DNA of 64,000 nucleotides from an uncultured Gemmatimonadales bacterium (GCA_963716255.1 OY970303.1:4448001-4512000), one strand, 5' to 3'; shown: positions 49,320 to 59,409, counted from the stretch's first letter. The notes: generated by a model not told the origin, from the letters alone. Program-made: numbers and translations.

Positions 49320-50144
49320 ATGAGTAGGTCCTCCTCCGGGCGGCAGCTCCTGCTCCTCCATCCCGACAGCGCCTTCCAGGAGCGCGTCCGCTCTTCCCTC
49401 CCCCCGGGGTTCGGCTGCTGGACGCTCCCGGACTGGCGGGCCCTGCGCGAGACCGCGCGCGCCGCCGCCCCCAGCACGGTCGCCGTGGTGGACCCGCTCG
49501 CCGGGAGCGCCGACGGGAGCGCGGCGCCCGAGCTGCGCGAGTTCCTGGCGGACTTCGCGTGGCTCCCGGTGGTCGCGGTGGTCCGCCCCGCCCCCGAAAC
49601 GCTGGAGTTCCTCCGCATGCTGGGGCGCTGGGGGGTCTCGGAGGTGATCGTGGAGGGAGTGGAGGACACGCCGGCGGGGATTGCGAAGGCCATCCGCTTC
49701 GCGCAGGGAAAGCTGCTGCAGGGGATGATGGAGGAGCTGCTCCCGGCGTACCTGCCCGGACGCGTGCGCCGGCTGCTCTTCGCCGCGGCGGAGGCCGTGT
49801 CCGCCGGCGGGCACTCGCCCGACCTGGCCGCCGTCCTGGGCGTGACGGAGACCACCGTGGTCCGCCGCTGCGAGCGGCTCCGCCTGCCGCCGCCGCGGCG
49901 GATCCTGGCGTGGATGCGGGTGCTGCTGGCCGCGCGGCTCCTGGAGGACACCGGGCGCACCGCGCAGGAGGTGGCCTCCGCCTGCGGCTACGCCACCGAG
50001 GCCGGGCTGCGCCGCGTGGTGCAGAACTTCCTGGGGCTGGGAATCACCGAGCTGCGCAGGCGCGGCCCGCTCCGCACCGCCTCCGCCACCTTCCTCGCCG
50101 AGCTCCGGGAGGGAAGGGAGGGGGTGGCGCTCGCCGAGAAGTAG
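49320..50144 (+). CDS. AraC-type HTH regulator with degenerate receiver-like N-domain
   Basis: RVLLAARLLEDTGRTAQEVASACGYATEAGLRR; alpha/beta N-terminus with VAVVDP. Confidence 0.8.
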   Translation: MSRSSSGRQLLLLHPDSAFQERVRSSLPPGFGCWTLPDWRALRETARAAAPSTVAVVDPLAGSADGSAAPELREFLADFAWLPVVAVVRPAPETLEFLRMLGRWGVSEVIVEGVEDTPAGIAKAIRFAQGKLLQGMMEELLPAYLPGRVRRLLFAAAEAVSAGGHSPDLAAVLGVTETTVVRRCERLRLPPPRRILAWMRVLLAARLLEDTGRTAQEVASACGYATEAGLRRVVQNFLGLGITELRRRGPLRTASATFLAELREGREGVALAEK

Positions 50145-50207
50145 CCGCACACGTATGTTTCGCCGGGTCTACCTCCGCCGGGAGGCCCGCGCCCTGTCCC
50201 GCACCCC

Positions 50208-50696
50208 ATGACCATGCCGCGCCGCGCGTTCCGGGTGGAAGAGGCCGACGCGCTGCTCCCCGCCCTGGAGCGCGTGCTCGCCGAGCTGGAGCGGTGGCGG
50301 GACGCGGCGCGCGCCCGCGGCGACGCCCTGCAGGTGCTGGAGCTGCTCTGGGGGGCGCGGCTGGAAGACCCCGCCTGCCCCGACCACGCGGAGCGGGCGG
50401 AGCACCGGGCGGCGGTGGAGTCCGCCGGGCGCGAGATGCGGCGGCTGGTGGAGGTGGAGATCACGGCGCGGGGAATCCGCTTTCCGCCGGGAGGGCTGGA
50501 GCACGGGCTGCTGGACTTCCCCACCACCTGGCGGGGCCGCTGGGTCTACCTGTGCTGGCGGAGGGGGGAGCCCGAGGTGGGGGCGTGGCACGAGCTGCAC
50601 GCGGGGTTCGCCGGGCGGCGGGCCGTCACGCCGGAGCAGCGGTCCGGGATGGGCGCCGACCCGGCGCTCCCCGACGACGGCGCGCCGGAATCGTGA
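50208..50696 (+). CDS. DUF2203 family protein
   Basis: FRVEEADALLP, GLLDFP, YLCWRRGE..WH...GFAGRR. Confidence 0.88.
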   Translation: MTMPRRAFRVEEADALLPALERVLAELERWRDAARARGDALQVLELLWGARLEDPACPDHAERAEHRAAVESAGREMRRLVEVEITARGIRFPPGGLEHGLLDFPTTWRGRWVYLCWRRGEPEVGAWHELHAGFAGRRAVTPEQRSGMGADPALPDDGAPES

Positions 50697-50708
50697 GCCG
50701 CGGGCGCG

Positions 50709-51305
50709 TCAGGGGAGGAAGTCGCCCTCGGCGGTGAGGCGGGCGAGCAGGCGTCCTCGCTCGTTCTCGGCCTCGGCGGCGCGGCGGGCGTCGTCGCCGG
50801 CGGGCTGGTGGGCGCGGCAGGTGTCGCACACCAGGTACGGCTCGTCCGCCAGCCAGCGCACCTCCCAGCGTCCCACGCAGTCCTCGTCCCAGTGCTCCAC
50901 CCTCCCCGCGGGCGCGGGCGGGCGCAGGACCACCCGCAGCTGCGGCTCGAAGTGGCAGGCGTAGCAGGTGAGGGTGTGCGGAAGGGAGATTCCCGTCCCC
51001 GGCGCGAGCGACAGCGCGCGCTCGCAGCGCGGGCACGCGCCGGCGAAGGCGCGCACCCGGTAGCGGCCCGTCCAGGCGCGGTGGGCCAGGTACGCCCCCG
51101 CGGCCAGGGAGCCGGCGGCCCACGGGTAGTGCGGCGGAACGAGGAGCAGCAGGGGAGCGATCCCCCAGAAGAAGAGCAGGCGGCCCAGCGTGCGGGCCAG
51201 GCGCCGCGTGGTCGGCTGGTACACGAGCTCCACCCTGGCGGGGGCGGGACGGTGCCCCGGCAGGGTGAGGATGGCGAGCGGAGCCGGTGCCGTGCCGTGT
51301 TCCAT
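50709..51305 (-). CDS. membrane protein with CxxC zinc-ribbon motifs
   Basis: 2 TM; CPRC, CYAC, CDTC. Confidence 0.65.
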   Translation of the reverse strand: MEHGTAPAPLAILTLPGHRPAPARVELVYQPTTRRLARTLGRLLFFWGIAPLLLLVPPHYPWAAGSLAAGAYLAHRAWTGRYRVRAFAGACPRCERALSLAPGTGISLPHTLTCYACHFEPQLRVVLRPPAPAGRVEHWDEDCVGRWEVRWLADEPYLVCDTCRAHQPAGDDARRAAEAENERGRLLARLTAEGDFLP

Positions 51306-51424
51306 GGGAGTGTGCAGCAGGGTCTGCTCCCAAGATAACGCCCCCACTTCGTGGCGCAATTCCCCCGCCCGGCCCGCCCCCGGGCCGCCGGCGCGCGGCA
51401 CCACGACACCACCGGATCCACGGC

Positions 51425-53146
51425 ATGAGCGACCGCCAGATTTCCTCCGCCGCGCCCGACCGGCGCGCCTTTCTCGGGTACTTCTCCGCCCTGGGGCTGG
51501 GGGGGACGCTCCTCCCCGGCGTCCTCTGGGCCAGGGTGGCCGAGGGAGCCGAGATCACCGAGGAAACCATCGCCTGCGCCGCCGAGGTGGCCGGGGTGCA
51601 GTTCGACGACGACGAGCGCAGGCTGATGGTGCAGAGCCTCCGCCAGCAGGCGGGCCAGATCGAGGCGCTCCACCGCGTTCCCCTCGCCAATGCCGTCGCC
51701 CCGGCGGTCCTCTTCGACCCGCTGTCCGCGGGGGCGCACCTCCCCGCCGGCGAGGAGCGGGAGCGAGGGTCGGTGCGCGTCGCCCGGGCCCCCGCTGTGC
51801 GCGTCCCGGCCAGGCTGGACGAGCTGGCCTTCCTCCCCGTGACCGCGCTCGGCGAGCTGGTGCGCACGCGGAAGGTGACCTCCACGCAGCTCACCCGCAT
51901 GTACCTGGACCGGCTGCGGCGCTTCGACCCCGTGCTCAAGGCCGTGGTCACCCTCACCGAGGAGCGCGCCCTGCGCCAGGCCGCCGAGGCGGACCGGGAG
52001 ATCGCCCGCGGGCGCATTCGCGGCCCGCTGCACGGCATCCCCTGGGGCGCAAAGGACCTGCTCGCCGTGCGCGGCTACCCCACCACCTGGGGGGCGGCGC
52101 CCTTCCGCGAGCAGACGATCGACGAGGACGCCACGGTGGTGAAGCGGCTGGACGAGGCCGGCGCGGTGCTGGTCGCCAAGCTGACGCTGGGCGCGCTGGC
52201 CCAGGGCGACGTGTGGTTCGGGGGGACCACGAAGAACCCGTGGAAGACCGACCAGGGCTCCAGCGGCTCCTCCGCCGGGCCCGGCTCCGCGACCGCGGCG
52301 GGGCTGGTGGGCTTCGCCGTCGGCAGCGAGACGCTGGGCTCCATCTCCTCCCCCTCCACCCGCAACGGGGTGACGGGGCTGCGCCCCACCTTCGGGCGGG
52401 TGCCGCGGACCGGGGCCATGGCGCTCTCCTGGACCATGGACAAGCTGGGGCCCATGTGCCGCAGCGTGGACGACTGCGCGCTGGTGCTGGACGCCATCCG
52501 CGGCCCGGACGGCGCCGACGCCACCGTGCGCGCCGCGCCCTTCCGCTACGACGCCCGCACGCGCCTGTCCGACCTGCGCGTGGGCTACTTCCGCGCCGCC
52601 TTCGAGCGCGACGAGAAGGACTACCCCAACAAGCCCTGGGACCTGGCCGCGCTGGACGTGCTCCGCGCGCAGGGGGCCACGCTGGTGCCGGTGGAGGTGC
52701 CGGAGGCCGCGTACGGCGCCATGCGGCTGATCCTCACCGCCGAGGCCGCCGCCGCCTTCGACGAGCTGACCCGCTCCGGGCGCGACGACGAGCTGAACGC
52801 GCAGGGGCCGGGCGACTGGCCCAACACCTTCCGCACCGCGCGGCTGATCCCGGCGGTGGACTACATCAACGCCAACCGGGTGCGGACGCTGGCCATGCGC
52901 GCCTGGGGGGAGCTGTTCGGGCGGGTGGACGTGGTGGTGGCCCCCACCTCCGGCACGCAGCTCGTCGCCACCAACCTGACGGGGCACCCGGCCGTGATCC
53001 TTCCCAACGGCTTCCGCGACGACGGCACGCCGGTGTCCATCACCTTCCTGGGCGGGCTGTTCGAGGAGGGCAGGCTGCTGGCCGCCGCGGGCGCCTACCA
53101 GCGCGCCACGCAGTTCCACCTGCGGCACCCGGCGGCGTTCGCCTGA
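51425..53146 (+). CDS. amidase signature enzyme, Tat-exported
   Basis: DRRAFL Tat motif; KDL, GSSGSSAG, GSETLGSI. Confidence 0.92.
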   Translation: MSDRQISSAAPDRRAFLGYFSALGLGGTLLPGVLWARVAEGAEITEETIACAAEVAGVQFDDDERRLMVQSLRQQAGQIEALHRVPLANAVAPAVLFDPLSAGAHLPAGEERERGSVRVARAPAVRVPARLDELAFLPVTALGELVRTRKVTSTQLTRMYLDRLRRFDPVLKAVVTLTEERALRQAAEADREIARGRIRGPLHGIPWGAKDLLAVRGYPTTWGAAPFREQTIDEDATVVKRLDEAGAVLVAKLTLGALAQGDVWFGGTTKNPWKTDQGSSGSSAGPGSATAAGLVGFAVGSETLGSISSPSTRNGVTGLRPTFGRVPRTGAMALSWTMDKLGPMCRSVDDCALVLDAIRGPDGADATVRAAPFRYDARTRLSDLRVGYFRAAFERDEKDYPNKPWDLAALDVLRAQGATLVPVEVPEAAYGAMRLILTAEAAAAFDELTRSGRDDELNAQGPGDWPNTFRTARLIPAVDYINANRVRTLAMRAWGELFGRVDVVVAPTSGTQLVATNLTGHPAVILPNGFRDDGTPVSITFLGGLFEEGRLLAAAGAYQRATQFHLRHPAAFA

Positions 53147-53189
53147 CGCCCCCGGTTTTTTCTCCCTGATCTGTTACGGAGGTACGCGT

Positions 53190-53540
53190 TTGTCCGCTGC
53201 GAGCGGGGACCGGGTCACGCCCGCCGAGGTGGGGCCCACGGAGGACGGGGCGCAGCTGCGCATCCGCTGGAGGGACGGGCACGTGTCCGAGTACACGCCG
53301 CGCTTCCTGCGGCTGAGCTGTCCGTGCGCGGGGTGCGTGGAGGAGATGTCCGGCCGGCCGCTGCTGAACCCGGCGTACGTGCGGCAGGACGTGTATCCGC
53401 GGGCCATCGAGTACGTGGGGCGGTATGCGCTGCGGTTCGACTGGAGCGACGGGCACGGGACCGGGATCTACCCGTTCGACATGCTGCGAGGGCTCTGCCG
53501 GTGCCTGGAGTGCCTGGATCCGGAGGGTCCTGCGGAGTAG
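53190..53540 (+). CDS. DUF971 (GBBH-like N-terminal) protein
   Basis: W.DGH, CPCAGC, VGRYAL..WSDGHGTGIY. Confidence 0.88.
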   Translation: MSAASGDRVTPAEVGPTEDGAQLRIRWRDGHVSEYTPRFLRLSCPCAGCVEEMSGRPLLNPAYVRQDVYPRAIEYVGRYALRFDWSDGHGTGIYPFDMLRGLCRCLECLDPEGPAE

Positions 53541-53557
53541 GGGTTTCGTGTCGTAGC

Positions 53558-53707
53558 GGGCCGCTACGGAGCCGGACGATACGGCCGTCCGTCTCCTGCG
53601 CGGGCTCCGGGAGCCAGGCCAAACTGCCGGCCTGTCTCCCTGCGCCGGCGGGAGCCTCGCCAAACAGCCGGCGAGTCTCCCGCCGTACATCTTTTTGTGG
53701 GTACTGC
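53558..53707 (+). repeat. family B copy
   Basis: Triple hairpin. Confidence 0.85.
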
Positions 53708-53735
53708 TGGAACGGCGAACTGCACGTGGGGTCGG

Positions 53736-54404
53736 TCAGGTGCCGCGCCAGAGAGTCCACATGGCCGCGAAGGACGGTGCCGCGGCGGCAAGCGCCAGGG
53801 TGAGGGCCCACTCGATCGCGGCGCGGGGGCCGGCAAGGCCGACGGCGCCCATCACCGCCACCAGCAGGTAGAGGGCGCCGACGGCGGCGCGGGGGCCGCC
53901 GCTGTGCCACAGGGGGACGCCGAGGAGCGCCATCGTCAGGAAGAAGGCGGCCCACTTGAGCAGGCTGGCGGAGCGCACGGCGTCCAGCAGGGGGGCGCGG
54001 TCGGGACCGGCGGGGGAGGCGCCCACGAAGGCGGCGATGCGGCCGTTCTCCAGCACGTCGAGCGCGCCGGTCAGCGCCACGGCGGCGACCCCCGCGACGG
54101 CCACCCAGCACAGGGGACTCTCGATGCTCCGGGAAAGCAGGACGCCGAGCAGCGCGTACAGCAGCACGTACACCCCGATGAACACGCGGTCGCCGCGCAG
54201 GTGCTTCCGCACGCCCTCGATCCCGCCCGCGCGGGCGACGGCCTGGTCCGCTCCCGGCACGGTCCGCGCGAGTTCCAGGGCGAGCACGGCTCCGCGCACC
54301 CCGCCCTCCAGCGGCGGGCCGCTCGACCGGCGCAGGTGCATGGAGCCCGCCGTCGCCGCGGCGGCCACCCAAGCGAGGATCCACACCCAGCGCATCGTGT
54401 TCAT
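53736..54404 (-). CDS. hypothetical membrane protein
   Basis: About 6 TM; LDVLEN..LKW motif. Confidence 0.75.
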   Translation of the reverse strand: MNTMRWVWILAWVAAAATAGSMHLRRSSGPPLEGGVRGAVLALELARTVPGADQAVARAGGIEGVRKHLRGDRVFIGVYVLLYALLGVLLSRSIESPLCWVAVAGVAAVALTGALDVLENGRIAAFVGASPAGPDRAPLLDAVRSASLLKWAAFFLTMALLGVPLWHSGGPRAAVGALYLLVAVMGAVGLAGPRAAIEWALTLALAAAAPSFAAMWTLWRGT

Positions 54405-54518
54405 CGGCCTTCCCTGTCCGGGGGATGGAGCGAGGCGGAGACGGGGAGCGACGCGGGGAGGGAGGCGGCGCCCGGGGGCAAGCTACGGGCGGCTGCGGCG
54501 GCGGGCAACGAAAACGCA

Positions 54519-54565
54519 CGGAAGCACGAAGGCCCTCCCCGCCGGGGAGGGCCTTCGTGCTTCCG
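54519..54565 (-). terminator. long hairpin terminator after tonB-like gene
   Basis: CGGAAGCACGAAGGCCCTCCCC-gcc-GGGGAGGGCCTTCGTGCTTCCG; TTTT shortly downstream on minus strand. Confidence 0.7.
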
Positions 54566-54579
54566 CGTGGGGCCGCCGA

Positions 54580-55446
54580 TCAGGCGTTGTTGAGCGTCCA
54601 GGTGATCGGCATGGTGATGGAGACGCGCACGGCGCGGCCGCCGATCTTGGCCGGGCGGAACTTGAACTTGTCCGCGGCCTGCACCGAGGCGCCGGCGAAG
54701 CCCTCGTGGCTGGTGTTGACCACCTCCACCGAGCCGTTCTCCACGCGCCCGTTCGTGTCGATCACGAACTTGAGCATGGTCTGCCCGCTGATCCCCGCGT
54801 CGCGGAGCGCGTCCGGGTACAGGCGCTGCAGCACCCGCTGCATCTCGGACGCGTTCTGGAGGCTGGGGCGCTCCTCCACCACGTTCACGTCCACCGGGGC
54901 GCCACCCGCGCCCTCGCCCTCGTTGTTCCCCGACGGCGGCTCCTTGGCGGTGTTGCGCGCCTCGCCGCCCTCCACGCCCTTGGCCACGCCGCCGGCCACG
55001 CCCACGCCGCTGAAGTCCTCGAGCTTCACGGCCGGCGCGCTCGCGTCCACGTCCGGAAGGCGGTCCGGCACGCCCGCGGGCGGCACCAGCTCCTGGTAGC
55101 CCTTGGCGACCGGCGGCGCGGGATCCGGCTCCTCGGCGGGGGCCTCCAGCACCGCGGGCGGGTCGTCCGCGTCGGGCACCTCCGGCGTGGGCTCCGGCTC
55201 CGGCGCGACCTCGGGCTCCTCCACCACCGGCGGCGGCGGCTCCACCGGCTGCGGGGGCGTGGGCTCGATCTCCATGTACGTCACCTGCTCCTCGACCTCA
55301 CGCTCGCCCGGCTTGGGCGCGTTTGCCGCCGCGTACATGGCGCCGCCCAGCAGCGCCACGTGCGCCAGCCCGGAGACCACGAGGGTCCTCGAGTTGACCA
55401 CCGACCGTTTCCTGCTGGACTCCGAGGCGATCAGGTTGTTGAACAT
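54580..55446 (-). CDS. tonB: TonB-family energy transducer
   Basis: S..AH TM anchor, Pro/Glu-rich spacer, YP..LR.AGISG, FRPAKIGG. Confidence 0.88.
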   Translation of the reverse strand: MFNNLIASESSRKRSVVNSRTLVVSGLAHVALLGGAMYAAANAPKPGEREVEEQVTYMEIEPTPPQPVEPPPPVVEEPEVAPEPEPTPEVPDADDPPAVLEAPAEEPDPAPPVAKGYQELVPPAGVPDRLPDVDASAPAVKLEDFSGVGVAGGVAKGVEGGEARNTAKEPPSGNNEGEGAGGAPVDVNVVEERPSLQNASEMQRVLQRLYPDALRDAGISGQTMLKFVIDTNGRVENGSVEVVNTSHEGFAGASVQAADKFKFRPAKIGGRAVRVSITMPITWTLNNA

Positions 55447-55521
55447 GGAGCCTCTTCTCCTGCGTAAGGCGCCGCCGGGGCGCTTGGTCGCGTAAGTCGT
55501 TGCCGGACGGTTTTTTGGTAA

Positions 55522-55570
55522 AGCAACAACCGTTCCACGACCTTGCTGCGGCCCTCTGGGTAAGTCGTTG
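55522..55570 (-). promoter_or_regulatory. sigma-54 promoter with IHF-like site for tonB
   Basis: Minus TGGAAC-GGTTG-TTGCT (55537-55522); CAACGACTTA at ~55570 (second copy ~55502). Confidence 0.5.
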
Positions 55571-55631
55571 AAGCGGGCCTATTTGCCGTGAATTTCCCGC
55601 GAGCGCGCTCCCGGAGCCTCCCGGGAATCGC

Positions 55632-56198
55632 TCATTCCCCCGCGGACGCGAACAGGTCGCCGCTTCCGCCGCCCTCCGCCGGGTAGAGCACGCGCCCGCC
55701 GGCGAGGACCACGGCGTGCGGGCTGAGGGCGTGGGTCACGGTCTTTCCCGGCGCGAGCACGTCCAGCACGGGAACGCCGCGCGCGATCAGCGCGTCCGCG
55801 ATGAGGTTGCGGTGGCAGCGCCAGGGCACCGCCTCCGCGCACATCACCACGGTGGGCCGCTGGGTGGAATCCGCCACCAGCCGCTCCAGCGCGCCCCGGA
55901 ACTCCGGCGAGTCCATGTGGTCGGCGTAGGCGCGGAACGACGGGTTGCGCCAGGCGGTGTTGGGCGAGTCCGGCCGCGGGTCGCGCCGCCCGCCGAGGTC
56001 CGGCTCGTGGCGGTACCCGATCCCCGCCGCGCGCAGCGATGCCGCCAGCTCCGCGCTCCCGAACTGCGGGTGCCGCCGCGACCCGGGAAACCGCCGCACG
56101 TCCACCAGCAGCCGGATGCCGTTCTCGCGCAGCAGGCCCAGGAACTCGTCCGCGGTGCGGGTGGAGTGGCCGATGGTGAAGACGGGAGGAGGAGACAA
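55632..56198 (-). CDS. DUF488 family protein
   Basis: TIGHSTR, DVRRFPGSR, LGGRR, MCAEAVPWRCHR. Confidence 0.9.
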   Translation of the reverse strand: MSPPPVFTIGHSTRTADEFLGLLRENGIRLLVDVRRFPGSRRHPQFGSAELAASLRAAGIGYRHEPDLGGRRDPRPDSPNTAWRNPSFRAYADHMDSPEFRGALERLVADSTQRPTVVMCAEAVPWRCHRNLIADALIARGVPVLDVLAPGKTVTHALSPHAVVLAGGRVLYPAEGGGSGDLFASAGE

Positions 56199-56284
56199 GG
56201 AAGTACGGAGTACAGGCTATGGAGTACGAAGTCCGGTGACGAGCGAAGACGGCGAAGCGGTGCAGGTGCCGTTCCGCCGTTCAA

Positions 56285-56437
56285 GCCGTACCCGTAAAAA
56301 GATGTACGGAGGGAGACTCGCCGGCTGTTTGGCGAGGCTCCCTCCGGCGAGGGGAGACAGCCGGGCAGTTTCGGCTGGCTCCCGGAGCCCGCGCAGGAGA
56401 CCGGCGGGGCAGTTTCCGCCGGGCTCCGTAGCGGCCC
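56285..56437 (-). repeat. family B copy (reverse)
   Basis: Triple hairpin. Confidence 0.85.
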
Positions 56438-56540
56438 GCCACGACACGTCGCGCAATCCGGTGGCCCGGGACGTGAACGGAGCCGCCGGGAGGGATTCGC
56501 GCGCTCCAGCCCGGCACCCCCTGACCCCGCACGCATCGCG

Positions 56541-57674
56541 ATGAAAACGCCACGCTCCCTGTTCGGCGGCATGCACAGGCGCCCCCGCCGCCCACCGCCG
56601 GGAACCGCGCCCGGCACCCTCATCCACGAGCCGGACACGCCGCCCGCCACGATCTCGGCGATCGGCTACGGGCCCGAGGGGTTCGACGAATGGGCGGTGG
56701 AGGACCCCGCGTCGCTGGCGGAGTCCCGGGAACGCTGGCCGGTGCTGTGGGTCAACGTGGACGGGGCGTGCCACGTGCCCACGCTGGAGGCGCTGGGCGA
56801 GGTGTTCGGGCTGCACCGGCTGGCGCTGGAGGACGTCGCCAACGTGCCGCAGCGCCCCAAGGCGGAGTGGTACGACGAGCACCTGTTCGTGGTGGGTCGC
56901 ATGATCCGTCGCCTCCCCGCGCTGGACGTGGAGCAGATCAGCATGTTCGTGGCGCACGGGTACGTGCTCACCTTCCAGGAGCGCCCCGGCGACCCGCTGG
57001 ACCCGGTGCGCAGGCGCCTGCGGGTCCCCCACGGGCGCATCCGCTCCACCGGCGCCGACTACCTGGCGTACGCCATCCTGGACGCCGTCACCGACCACTA
57101 CTTTCCCGTGCTGGAGTCGTACGGCGACGAGCTGGAGGCGCTGGAGACCTGCATTCTCGCCGGGAGCGGGCGCCTGGCCATGGCGCGGCTGCACGCCGTG
57201 AAGCGCGACCTGCTCGCGCTGCGCAAGTCCATCTGGCCCGTGCGCGACGCCATCACCGCGCTGCTGCGCGACCCCGGCGACCTCATCGGCGAGGGGACGC
57301 AGGTGTACCTGCGCGACTGCCACGACCACGTGGTGCAGGCGGCGGACCTGGTGGAGACCTACCGCGACCTGGCCTCGTCGCTCACCGACCTGTACCTGTC
57401 CAGCGTCAGCTACCGGATGAACGAGGTCATGAAGGTGCTCACCATCTTCACGGCCGTGTTCATCCCGCTCAGCTTCATCGCGGGGCTGTACGGGATGAAC
57501 TTCGACCGCAGCGAATCGCCGCTGAACATGCCGGAGCTGGACTGGTACTTCGGGTACCCGTTCGCGCTGGGGCTGATGGGGGTGATCGCGGCGGGGCTGC
57601 TTTTCTACTTCTGGCGGCGGGGGTGGATCGGGAGCCGGGACGACGATGCGTTCGTGGAGGCGGACGTGTCCTGA
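56541..57674 (+). CDS. corA: Mg2+/Co2+ transporter
   Basis: QRPK, MNEVMKVLT, YGMNF, MPEL. Confidence 0.95.
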   Translation: MKTPRSLFGGMHRRPRRPPPGTAPGTLIHEPDTPPATISAIGYGPEGFDEWAVEDPASLAESRERWPVLWVNVDGACHVPTLEALGEVFGLHRLALEDVANVPQRPKAEWYDEHLFVVGRMIRRLPALDVEQISMFVAHGYVLTFQERPGDPLDPVRRRLRVPHGRIRSTGADYLAYAILDAVTDHYFPVLESYGDELEALETCILAGSGRLAMARLHAVKRDLLALRKSIWPVRDAITALLRDPGDLIGEGTQVYLRDCHDHVVQAADLVETYRDLASSLTDLYLSSVSYRMNEVMKVLTIFTAVFIPLSFIAGLYGMNFDRSESPLNMPELDWYFGYPFALGLMGVIAAGLLFYFWRRGWIGSRDDDAFVEADVS

Positions 57675-57723
57675 GATCTTCGTGTGGAGGCGGGGCCGCG
57701 GAGTTCGGCAGATCTGAGAAGCT

Positions 57724-57762
57724 GAAAGACCCTGCGGTCCCATGACGGACGCAGGGTCTTTC
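57724..57762 (+). terminator. terminator after corA
   Basis: GAAAGACCCTGCG..CGCAGGGTCTTTC. Confidence 0.7.
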
Positions 57763-57994
57763 GTGAGCTCCACGCCCGTGTCGTGTGTCTGCCGGTGGGA
57801 ATGGTGGCGGGTGGGTGGCGTACCTGCCAGCCCGGTGGCGGGCCGGAGCAGCGGCGAGCCTATCACCAGCGGGAGCCCAACTCTAAAGTCACAAAACCTA
57901 TGCTCGCAAAATATGCCGCGTGGGCGCGAAATGCGGGCAGGGTTAGTTTCTCCGGTGCTCACAGTTCCATCCACCCGACCCGAGGGGAATCACG

Positions 57995-58204
57995 ATGAGA
58001 GCACCACGAATCACCCTGATCCTGGCCGCTGCAAGCCTCCTTGCTTCCTGCGGAAACAAGTCCGATCCGGTCGCACCCGATCAGGCACCGAGGCGGGACG
58101 GCGGGATCTTCACCATCGGGTCAGGCAACAGCCAGACTCCATCTTCAAGCCCTGATTCGGTGGCATCCCGGGGTGGGATCTTCACCATCGGATCAGGAAA
58201 CTAG
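57995..58204 (+). CDS. small lipoprotein-signal peptide with two GGIFTIGSGN cores (69 aa)
   Basis: GAGGGG RBS; lipobox LASC; RRD-GGIFTIGSGN ... SR-GGIFTIGSGN*. Confidence 0.85.
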   Translation: MRAPRITLILAAASLLASCGNKSDPVAPDQAPRRDGGIFTIGSGNSQTPSSSPDSVASRGGIFTIGSGN

Positions 58205-58216
58205 AAACCTCCCCTA

Positions 58217-59409
58217 GTGGATCACCCCGGCTGAGGTGATGGGTATCGGGAGGAGAACTTCTCCCGAGCCTTGGCGGTTGTGAAACGCCACTGAATCGTG
58301 GCCTTGCTGCCGTTGCGGTCGCGGCACCAGACGGCGGTTTCACGCTGCACGACTTCCATGCTGGGCAGGCGCCGGTCCAAGCATTGAGTGCCGAGCACGG
58401 AGAACTCCACCTCGGCCATGTTCAACCAGCTTGCATGCTTGGGCGTGTGGTGCAACTCCAGGCGCTTTGCGATCCGGCTTGCTTCCTCGGGCGCGAACGC
58501 CTGGTAGAGCGAGGCCGGCGTGTGCGTGTTCAGGTTGTCCAGCACCACGCGGACCTTCTCCGCCTCCGGAAAATGCACGTCCACCAGATCCCGCATGCAG
58601 TGGGCGAAGTCGATCGCGGTGCGCCGCTGCGTGACCTTGACCTCTCGCCAGGCGGTGTCGGGGCTGAAGAAGAGGAAGAGGTTGCACGTGCCTTCGCGCC
58701 GGTACTCGTAGTCGAACCGCTCGGCCTGCCCCGGTCGCGCCGGCAGCGGCATGCGCACCTCGGACAGAAGTTGCAGAGGCATCTCGTCAAAGGCCACACG
58801 CGGCCGCTTCGGGTCGTTCGGCTCTGCATACAGGTCGAGCACGTCCTCCATCCGCCAGACGAATTCGGCCGTGATCTCCGGGATCAGCCACTGCTGGCGC
58901 TGCCACGGCTTCGTCTTGCTTTTTTGAGCGTGCGGCGCACCGTCTCATCCGAGATCGAGTCCACCGCCCCCAGTTCCACCAGCCGGTCCGCGAGCATCTG
59001 CATGCTCCAGCGGGCGCGCCCACCAGGCACGTCGCTGCAGGCCAGCGCCAGGAGCAGGGCCTCCGCTTTGCCTGTCAGCTTCGGCGGCATCGGCGGGCGG
59101 GGTTTCTCTGAGAGAGCCGCCTCCAGCCCTTCTTCCACGAAGCGCTTGCGGATGCGCTCCACCGTAGCGACCCCGACGCCCACGCCCGCGACGATCTGCT
59201 CGTCCGTGGCACCCTCGTCGGAGCGCAGCACCACCAGAGCGCGTTTGATCCGCCGCGCGCTTGCCTTCCCCTTGCGCGTGAGCACAAGCAGATCGCTGCG
59301 CTCCTGCTCCGTCAGCTTCACCTTGTACCGCTTCGTCATCCTTCGGCTCCTGTACAACTGCGTACCCAAAGCCGAAGGATACCCCATCAACTCACTCGTG
59401 GTGCCCCAC
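58217..59409 (-). mobile_element. IS630-family insertion sequence (1193 bp), copy 2, inverted
   Basis: Reverse complement of 43246-44438 with identical ORF translations; TA duplication in CTAG. Confidence 0.93.
58222..59338 (-). CDS. IS630 transposase (frameshifted orfA/orfB)
   Basis: Translations identical to copy 1. Confidence 0.9.

Noticed and set aside
44439..58216. Prophage or genomic island between the IS630 copies
   Set aside because: No integrase or phage genes; cargo is host-like in GC and function (corA, tonB, amidase, LDT).
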